DNA of 11,388 nt from Armatimonadota bacterium (GTDB lineage Bacteria > Sysuimicrobiota > Sysuimicrobiia > Sysuimicrobiales > Humicultoraceae), in NCBI GenBank assembly GCA_037443365.1, contig JBBIOM010000047.1, forward strand, positions 1,285-12,672. The letters are read 5' to 3'. The notes under the pieces are model-generated. The model was not told the DNA's origin and made no database searches. It worked only from the letters and a program-made list of their open reading frames with translations. The position numbers and the translations under genes were made by a program. Positions 1-5,197 of this stretch are shown piece after piece (positions within the stretch are counted from its first letter, which is position 1; each line of letters begins with the position of its first letter).

Positions 1-103
1 TGGCGCCGGCGAGCAAGAACGCCGGGATCAGGCAGGTGAGGACGTGAAGGGCGATGTACTCCTTCAGGGCCTGCAAGCCGGCGATGAGCAGGTCAGCGAT
101 CAT
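1..103 (-). CDS. Permease, probably ArsP/DUF318 (COG0701) family; N-terminal fragment running off the window edge
   Basis: Not in the ORF track. ATG at 103-101 overlaps the ArsR stop (ATGA). Hand translation MIADLLIAGLQALKEYIALHVLTCLIPAFLLAGA... is hydrophobic, and HVLTCLxPAFxxAGA resembles the N-terminus of DUF318-type permeases that follow arsR genes. Confidence 0.7.
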   Translation of the reverse strand, partial: MIADLLIAGLQALKEYIALHVLTCLIPAFLLAGA

Positions 104-513
104 CCGGCGGACCCTTTCGCGAGCGCACCAGCCTCCGCGCATCGGGGGCACTCGCACCCTTCGAGCCTGCCAGCCGGGACCGTGGGGGCGCCGGGCGCAC
201 GCCCAAGTGACCGGCTGGCGAAATCGATCATTCCCAGGACACCGTAGTCACGCAACCTGTAGTAGATGAACGCGCCTTCTCTCATCCCCTCGACCAGGCC
301 GGCGTCACGAAGGATGGCGAGCTGCTGCGAGACGTACGCTTGCGGACGCCCCAGGGCCCTCGTGAGGTGGCAGACGCATGCTGGCTGGAGGCGCAGGTGC
401 TCCAGGATCTCCAGCCGCGCCGGATGGGCGAGCGCACGAAGCACCTCGGCCTCTCGCGCGAAGCGCAGCGGCATCGAGCCATCCCGACGGTCAGAACATT
501 CAGATTCCCGCAT
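100..513 (-). CDS. ArsR/SmtB-family transcriptional repressor with alpha3 CVC site and C-terminal CxCxxC tail
   Basis: LRALAHPARLEIL...ACVCHL...QAYVSQQLAILRDAGLV...REGAFIYYRL is an ArsR winged HTH; C-terminal GCECPRC. Start ambiguous: ATG 513 (near-leaderless) or ATG 474 (MPLRF...). Confidence 0.92.
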   Translation of the reverse strand: MRESECSDRRDGSMPLRFAREAEVLRALAHPARLEILEHLRLQPACVCHLTRALGRPQAYVSQQLAILRDAGLVEGMREGAFIYYRLRDYGVLGMIDFASRSLGRAPGAPTVPAGRLEGCECPRCAEAGALAKGSAG

Positions 514-515
514 CT
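496..515. promoter_or_regulatory. Candidate ArsR operator (imperfect 20-bp palindrome)
   Basis: ACATTCAGATTCCCGCATCT matches its reverse complement at 10/20 positions (AxATxCxG-N4-CxGxATxT) and lies just downstream of the leftward -10 box, the usual place for an ArsR/SmtB autoregulatory box. Confidence 0.45.
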
Positions 516-522
516 AGTTCCG

Positions 523-552
523 ATTCTAGATCCTCCCCTCGTCGCCAGTCAA
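523..552 (-). promoter_or_regulatory. Sigma70-type promoter for the leftward arsR-permease operon
   Basis: Minus strand TTGACT (552-547), 18-nt spacer, TAGAAT (528-523). Confidence 0.7.
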
Positions 553-640
553 TCCGGTAATCGGACCATGGGCGGCCACCGGGTCGCGGCAGGGTCGCAC
601 CATACGTATGCCTTGTGCTGAATGTACTTGTGTCCTTCAG

Positions 641-669
641 TTGACACTGGCCACAAGAGGCCGTAAAGT
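641..669 (+). promoter_or_regulatory. Sigma70-type promoter for the rightward arsR + mini-protein unit
   Basis: TTGACA (641-646), 17-nt spacer, TAAAGT (664-669), 32 nt upstream of the GTG at 702. Confidence 0.75.
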
Positions 670-687
670 ATCTGCGTGACTACTTAA
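664..687. promoter_or_regulatory. Candidate operator of the rightward ArsR, overlapping the -10 box and start site
   Basis: TAAAGTA-N10-TACTTAA: AAGTA (666-670) and TACTT (681-685) are exact inverted repeats, AT-rich in a GC-rich genome. Confidence 0.55.
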
Positions 688-701
688 TCAGCTGAGACGA
701 C

Positions 702-995
702 GTGACTGATTCAGAGAGACAGGCCCGAATCTTCAAGGCGCTCTCCGTGGATGCGCGAGTGCGGATCGTCACCCTGCTGAAGCGCCGATCGCTGTGCGTC
801 AATGCGCTGGCCCACGCTTTGGCGATCACGCCTGCGGCGGTCTCGCAGCACTTGCGCGTGCTGAGGGACGCGCATCTCCTAACAGCGGACAAGAGAGGAT
901 ATTTCGTGCACTACCGTGTGAACGCGCGAACACTGGCCCAGTGGAACAGGGCCACCAGGAGCCTGCTGGAGATGAAGGAGGCCGGACATGAGTGA
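702..995 (+). CDS. ArsR/SmtB-family transcriptional repressor, 97 aa, single Cys (LCVNAL)
   Basis: IFKALSVDARVRIVTLL...LCVNALAHALAITPAAVSQHLRVLRDAHLL...KRGYFVHYRV is an ArsR winged HTH; GTG start downstream of a good promoter. Confidence 0.92.
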   Translation: MTDSERQARIFKALSVDARVRIVTLLKRRSLCVNALAHALAITPAAVSQHLRVLRDAHLLTADKRGYFVHYRVNARTLAQWNRATRSLLEMKEAGHE

Positions 996-1137
996 AGAGA
1001 AGAAGGGCTGCCAGAAGCCGGAGAGACTCAAGGATGCCCCTGGCGAGTGCTCCCCGGAACAGGTCGAGGAGTGCCACGGTGACACGAAGAAGCACCCGTG
1101 CGTGCCCGGAGAGGGAGCGCGACAAGAAGGGATCTGA
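988..1137 (+). CDS. Small Cys/His-rich protein, 49 aa, putative metal-binding or redox-active
   Basis: Below the ORF-track length cutoff. Strong SD AAGGAGG (975-981) 6 nt before ATG 988; overlaps the arsR stop (ATGAGTGA). MSEEKKGCQKPERLKDAPGECSPEQVEECHGDTKKHPCVPGEGARQEGI, TGA at 1135-1137. Confidence 0.75.
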   Translation: MSEEKKGCQKPERLKDAPGECSPEQVEECHGDTKKHPCVPGEGARQEGI

Positions 1138-1163
1138 CAGACATTGCGAGCACGCCGAGGGTG

Positions 1164-1209
1164 TCTTTGTGCGAATCACCGGCATCGAGGCCGACACGGC
1201 GCACAAGGA
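1164..1209. other. Stem-loop between the convergent mini-protein gene and tmRNA
   Basis: TCTTTGTGCG (1164-1173) pairs with CGCACAAGGA (1200-1209) with one G.U on the + strand; inner CGGC/GCCG stem (1180-1193). No clear U-tract, so not called a terminator. Confidence 0.35.
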
Positions 1210-1235
1210 GCAGGAGCGGAAGGAATCTTGGTGGT

Positions 1236-1585
1236 TGGTGGAGGCGGCGGGAATCGAACCCGCGTCCTGAGTGGATGAGGGCGGAGCGTCTACGAGCGTA
1301 GTCCGCCGTTTGTTTCTCGCCGTCCGGGCCTCCCGCGGACCAGATGCCCGGACAGCCAGCCCGTTGGGTTTCCCGTTACGCGTCCCGGGCCAGGGCGCGC
1401 GACGGTAGCCGGCTTGTGGCGCTCATCCCGGGCCGCCGGCCCTACCGGGGGAGCGTCGTCGCTATCTAAGCGGCGAGTGCGTACTGTGTGTTGGCGTTTG
1501 TGCGCCTGCCAGTTTGTTAACGGGGACCTGACCACCCCGGCTCGCAGCTCTGCTGCTTCCCACCCAGTCGAAACCTGTCGCCCCC
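1236..1585 (-). ncRNA. ssrA: tmRNA (one-piece, ~350 nt)
   Basis: 5' GGGGGCGACAGGTTTCGAC; 3' GACGCGGGTTCGATTCCCGCCGCCTCCACCA with T-arm, G3.U70 alanine identity pair and encoded CCA. PK1-like element CGGGG...GTCAG..CCCCG...CTGGC, internal tag ORF, and smpB upstream in the same operon. Confidence 0.97.
1466..1495 (-). other. tmRNA proteolysis tag reading frame, (A)ANTQYALAA*
   Basis: ACAAAC|GCC AAC ACA CAG TAC GCA CTC GCC GCT TAG right after PK1; canonical YALAA ending. Confidence 0.92.
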
Positions 1586-1603
1586 ACATTCTGGCTGCGG
1601 CTT

Positions 1604-2692
1604 CTACCGAGCACCCCCATTATAGCACGCCGCCCGGCGCAACCGGTCCATTACCGCCCGGCCCAGGCCCGACTCAGGGATCCCCTCCACCACGATCGCG
1701 TCGAGGCCGGCGTCGTCGAGCTCGCGCAGGAGGGCAAACAGCACGGCGGCGACCGCCGCCGCGTCGGTGCGCGGACCCATCACTCGCACGACCGCGCCCG
1801 GCGGCACCTCGGGAGCCGACTCGGCGGTCACCATCACGCCGACGCGAAGCCCCTGGTCCCAGAGGCGGCGGACCGCCGCGGAAAGCATGGCAGCCGGAGG
1901 CGCGCCCCCGGCCTCCTGGGCGGGAGCCTCGACCAGCACCAGCTTTGCCCGCGGGGCGTAGTGACGGTAGCGTGTGCCGGGCGAGCGCGCCAGCGCCGCC
2001 TGCAACCACTCCGCAGCGGTGCCCGCTGCCGCCTCGGAGGGCGCGGGAACCACCACACGACCGATGAGCGCCTCGAGCCGCTCCAGGGATGCCCCGCCCG
2101 GACGCAGGAGCAGCGGCGGATCGCTGGTGAGATCGAGCACAGTGGACTCGACGCCCACAGGCGTCGGACCGCCATCGAGCACGAGATCAACCGATCCGCC
2201 CAGATCGGCCAGCACGTGCTGCGCCGTTGTCGGGCTCGGCCTGCCCGAGCGGTTCGCGCTGGGCGCTGCCAGGGGGCATCCGGCCGCGCGTATCAGCGCC
2301 AGCGCTACAGGGTGCGCAGGCACGCGCACCGCCACCGAAGGCAGGCCACCCCTTGTCACCTCGGGCACGAGCGGGGCGGCCGGAAGCACCAGGGTGAGCG
2401 GACCGGGCCAGCAAGCGCCGATCAGCGTCTCGGCTGCCGGCGGGATTCCTGTGACGAGACTCCCCAGCGCCTCGGCCTCGGCGATGTGCACGATGATCGG
2501 GTTGTCCACGGGGCGGCCCTTCGCGGCATAGATGCGCGCCACCGCGCCCGGATTCAGGGCGTCGGCGCCCAGGCCGTAGACCGTCTCGGTGGGAAAGGCC
2601 ACCAGGCCGCCCTCACGAAGAACCGCGGCAGCGTCGCCGATGGCCGCTGGGTCGGGCGCGTCCGGGGAAACCTTCAGGACTCGCGCGGTCAC
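1604..2692 (-). CDS. tsaC: L-threonylcarbamoyl-AMP synthase, Sua5 type (YrdC + SUA5 domains)
   Basis: VAFPTETVYGLGADA, AKGRPVDNPIIVH, WPGPLT, APSANRSGRPSPT, GVESTVLD, and Sua5 linker SPGTRYRHYAP. Start placed at GTG 2692, 2 nt after the purK stop; the longer track start overlaps purK. Confidence 0.95.
   Translation of the reverse strand: MTARVLKVSPDAPDPAAIGDAAAVLREGGLVAFPTETVYGLGADALNPGAVARIYAAKGRPVDNPIIVHIAEAEALGSLVTGIPPAAETLIGACWPGPLTLVLPAAPLVPEVTRGGLPSVAVRVPAHPVALALIRAAGCPLAAPSANRSGRPSPTTAQHVLADLGGSVDLVLDGGPTPVGVESTVLDLTSDPPLLLRPGGASLERLEALIGRVVVPAPSEAAAGTAAEWLQAALARSPGTRYRHYAPRAKLVLVEAPAQEAGGAPPAAMLSAAVRRLWDQGLRVGVMVTAESAPEVPPGAVVRVMGPRTDAAAVAAVLFALLRELDDAGLDAIVVEGIPESGLGRAVMDRLRRAACYNGGAR
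1619..1627 (-). promoter_or_regulatory. Extended -10 promoter for ssrA, inside the tsaC 3' end
   Basis: Minus strand TGcTATAAT (1627-1619), 33 nt upstream of the mature tmRNA 5' end; no -35 at 17-nt spacing. Confidence 0.75.
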
Positions 2693-2694
2693 GG

Positions 2695-3858
2695 CTAGGG
2701 GGAGACCGACTCCCATCGGAGCCGGGCAGCCGCGCTGCGCGCCAGGTCCAGCGCTTCGTCGGCGGTTGCACCCAGCGCGGTCAGGTGCCCCATCTTGCGG
2801 CGCGGCCATGCCTCGGACTTCCCGTAGAGGTGCAGGGAAACCCCGGGCAGGGCCAGGGCCTCCTCGACGCCTGCCAGCCTAACCGGGCCGCGCCGGTCTC
2901 CCAGGAGGTTGACCATCGCGGCCGGCGACAGCAGGGCAGCGGCGCCCAGCGGCAGGCCGCAGACCGCGCGCACGTGCTGCTCGAACTGCGAGGTGGGACA
3001 CGCGTTGATCGTGTAGTGGCCGGAGTTGTGCGGGCGTGGCGCCAGCTCGTTGACGAGCACCTCGCCGCGATCCATCACGAACATCTCGACCGCCAGAACC
3101 CCGACCAGATCTAGCGCCGTGGCGATACTCTCGGCGATACCGGCCGCGCGATCGGCCACCTCGATCGGGACTTGCGCCGGCGCCGCCACCTCGACAAGAA
3201 TGCCGTCATCGTGCGCCGTGCGCACGACCGGGTAGACGCGCCGCTCGCCGTCCATCGCGCGCGCCACGATGACCGCGACCTCGCACGCAAAGGGTACGTG
3301 CCGCTCCACGACAAGTGGCCCGCGCTCGAACCCCAGGGCTGCGGCCGCCGGAAGGTCGGCGGGCGACGCGACGCGCACCTGCCCGCGGCCGTCATAGCCG
3401 AGGAACGGGATCTTGACCACGCAGGGGAGCCCGAGCCCGCGCACCGCCTTGCCCAGGTCTTCGGCGCAGCCCGCCTGGCGCCAGGGCGCAGTAGGGAACC
3501 CGTGCTCGCGCAGGAACTGCTTCTCCTGAACGCGATGCTGGCAGACGGCCAGGACACGGCCCGACGGCCGCACAGGGCGCAGCGACTCGGCAGCCAGCAC
3601 GCCAGGGGCCGGCACGTGCTCGAGCTCGAACGTCACCACGTCGGAGCGCGCCGCCAGATCGGCGACCGCCCGTGTATCGTCAAACGGCGCCTGAATGTGC
3701 GCGTCACAGAGGCCTGCGGCAGGGGCGGACGCCGATGGGTCCAGGACGGCCACGCGGTAGCCCATGCGCCGGGCATCCAGCGCCAGCATGCGCCCCAGTT
3801 GCCCGCCGCCCACCACCCCAATCGTCGCACCGGGCAGCAGAGGCGGGCCAGCGCTCAT
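2695..3858 (-). CDS. purK: N5-carboxyaminoimidazole ribonucleotide synthase (ATP-grasp)
   Basis: [67 protein letters not shown]; follows purE with ATGA overlap. Confidence 0.97.
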   Translation of the reverse strand: MSAGPPLLPGATIGVVGGGQLGRMLALDARRMGYRVAVLDPSASAPAAGLCDAHIQAPFDDTRAVADLAARSDVVTFELEHVPAPGVLAAESLRPVRPSGRVLAVCQHRVQEKQFLREHGFPTAPWRQAGCAEDLGKAVRGLGLPCVVKIPFLGYDGRGQVRVASPADLPAAAALGFERGPLVVERHVPFACEVAVIVARAMDGERRVYPVVRTAHDDGILVEVAAPAQVPIEVADRAAGIAESIATALDLVGVLAVEMFVMDRGEVLVNELAPRPHNSGHYTINACPTSQFEQHVRAVCGLPLGAAALLSPAAMVNLLGDRRGPVRLAGVEEALALPGVSLHLYGKSEAWPRRKMGHLTALGATADEALDLARSAAARLRWESVSP

Positions 3859-4388
3859 CCGCGGTCGGCCTCCCGCACTGCCGCGGCCGTCGCCTCACCA
3901 CGCCGCCGCAGCCGCTCGCGTATCGCTTCGTCGCCCAGGCCGAGAATCCGCGCGGCCAGCAGCGCGGCGTTGGCCGCGCCAGCACGCCCGATCGCCATCG
4001 TGCCCACGGGCACGCCTGATGGCATCTGCACGATCGACAGCAGCGAGTCGAGCCCGCCCAGGTGCTCGCTGGGCACCGGCACGCCCAGCACCGGCAGCAC
4101 GGTCTTGGCCGCGGTCATGCCCGGCAGGTGCGCGGCCCCGCCTGCGCCGGCGATGATCACCCTGATGCCGCGACGTTCGGCCGAAGTGGCATACTCAAAC
4201 ATCCAGTCGGGCGTCCTGTGCGCGGAGACGATCCTGACCTCGCACGGGATCTCCAGGCCGGCCAGGACCTCGGCCGCCGCCTCCATGATGCTCCTGTCGG
4301 AGGCGCTGCCCATGATGATGCCCACAACCGGGCTCCTGCCCTTGGATGGCGCCGCGCGCCCTCTGGCCCTGCCCCGGGTCGGCTTCAT
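3855..4388 (-). CDS. purE: N5-CAIR mutase (class I PurE)
   Basis: [60 protein letters not shown]-like AGGAGAGGGG upstream; ATGA overlap with smpB. Confidence 0.97.
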   Translation of the reverse strand: MKPTRGRARGRAAPSKGRSPVVGIIMGSASDRSIMEAAAEVLAGLEIPCEVRIVSAHRTPDWMFEYATSAERRGIRVIIAGAGGAAHLPGMTAAKTVLPVLGVPVPSEHLGGLDSLLSIVQMPSGVPVGTMAIGRAGAANAALLAARILGLGDEAIRERLRRRGEATAAAVREADRG

Positions 4389-4885
4389 TCGTCCCCTCTC
4401 CTTCCCCTCCCGCGGCGCGGTTCGACCACGCGCTTCACCGCGCGCTGCGCCTGGCGATCCGCCTCTCGCTGCCCTATCGCCTCGCGCTTGTCGTAGAGCT
4501 TCTTGCCACGCGCCAGCGCCACCTCAACCTTGGCGCGGCCGCGCGAGAAGTACAGGCGCAGCGGCACGAGCGTGTATCCCCTCTGCGCGGCACGCTCCCC
4601 CAGGCGCCGGATCTCATCCTGGTGGAGCAGCAGCTTGCGCGGTCGCAAGGGGTCGTGGTTGAAGATGTTGCCGGCATCGTAGGGTGGGATGTGCATGTTG
4701 TGCAGCCAGATCTCTCCGCGGTCGACGCGCGCGTAGGCCTCGCCCAGCGAAACGCGACCGGTGCGCAGCGACTTGACCTCGGTGCCTGTCAGCACCAATC
4801 CGGCCTCGAAAGACTCATCTACGTGGTACTCGTGCCGCGCCCGGCGGTTGGTCGCGATCAACTTCTCCCCGCCGCGCTCAGGCAC
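4385..4885 (-). CDS. smpB: SsrA-binding protein
   Basis: [60 protein letters not shown]. Confidence 0.98.
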   Translation of the reverse strand: MPERGGEKLIATNRRARHEYHVDESFEAGLVLTGTEVKSLRTGRVSLGEAYARVDRGEIWLHNMHIPPYDAGNIFNHDPLRPRKLLLHQDEIRRLGERAAQRGYTLVPLRLYFSRGRAKVEVALARGKKLYDKREAIGQREADRQAQRAVKRVVEPRRGRGRRGDE

Positions 4886-5144
4886 GGCTCGAACCTCTCA
4901 GCAAGTAGCCGGCTAGCACGCACAGCGCGCCGACGCCCCCGGCTCCAACACCCAGGATCCACATGTCCGGCCGCAACACCGTTACCCCGGAGGCAAGGGT
5001 CAGGATCAGCCATCCGCCGGCGCCCAGGAACGCCAGGAACCCGCCTGGTCCGCGGCCGCGCAGTTGCGCCGCGTGCCGGCGCACCGCGACCGCAAGCGCC
5101 ACAACGAAGGCGATCAGGGCAACGAAGCGCAGCGCCTCACTCAT
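4878..5144 (-). CDS. Hypothetical small membrane protein, 88 aa, about 3 TM helices
   Basis: From ATG 5144: MSEALRFVALIAFVVALAVAV-RR...GGFLAFLGAGGWLILTLASGVTVL-RPD-MWILGVGAGGVGALCVLAGYLL. Its stop overlaps the smpB GTG (GTGCCTGA). The track's longer start overlaps the lyase and is unlikely. Confidence 0.75.
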   Translation of the reverse strand: MSEALRFVALIAFVVALAVAVRRHAAQLRGRGPGGFLAFLGAGGWLILTLASGVTVLRPDMWILGVGAGGVGALCVLAGYLLRGSSRA

Positions 5145-5170
5145 GAGTAGCACTGGCTTCGCCCTTGGGG

Positions 5171-5197
5171 GGAACCGCCCCTGCCGGGCGGCCTTCC
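5171..5197 (-). other. GC-rich hairpin directly after the lyase stop (possible weak terminator or stability element)
   Basis: Minus strand GGAA-GG-CCGCCC-GGCAG-GGGCGG-TTCC; no U-tract. Confidence 0.35.

Noticed and set aside
601-610. Perfect 10-bp palindrome CATACGTATG in the divergent intergenic region
   Set aside because: Short, does not extend, and does not overlap either promoter core; no support beyond chance.
970-1000. Programmed frameshift or sequencing error fusing ArsR to the Cys-rich peptide
   Set aside because: No slippery run is present, and the peptide has its own well-spaced SD and ATG with a standard overlap, which fits separate coupled translation.
1135-1170. Hairpin right after the mini-protein UGA (AGACATT-GCG-AGCA-CGC-..GGTGTCT) as a SECIS for selenocysteine read-through
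   Set aside because: The apical loop is only about 11 nt from the UGA, shorter than typical bacterial SECIS spacing. The UGA is not in a redox-motif position, and the read-through frame is featureless and runs antisense into tmRNA.
1236-1270. A stand-alone tRNA gene
   Set aside because: There is no anticodon arm. The matching acceptor 5' strand is 350 nt away with a tag ORF between, so this is tmRNA.
992-1301. Track ORFs 992..1270 and 1098..1301 on the + strand
   Set aside because: Their ends (WWLVEAAGIEPAS, WRRRESNPRP) are the classic antisense translations of a tRNA-like T-arm. The SD-supported frame is 988..1137.
1290-1589. 99-aa minus-strand ORF
   Set aside because: Lies almost entirely within the tmRNA and has no protein-like features.
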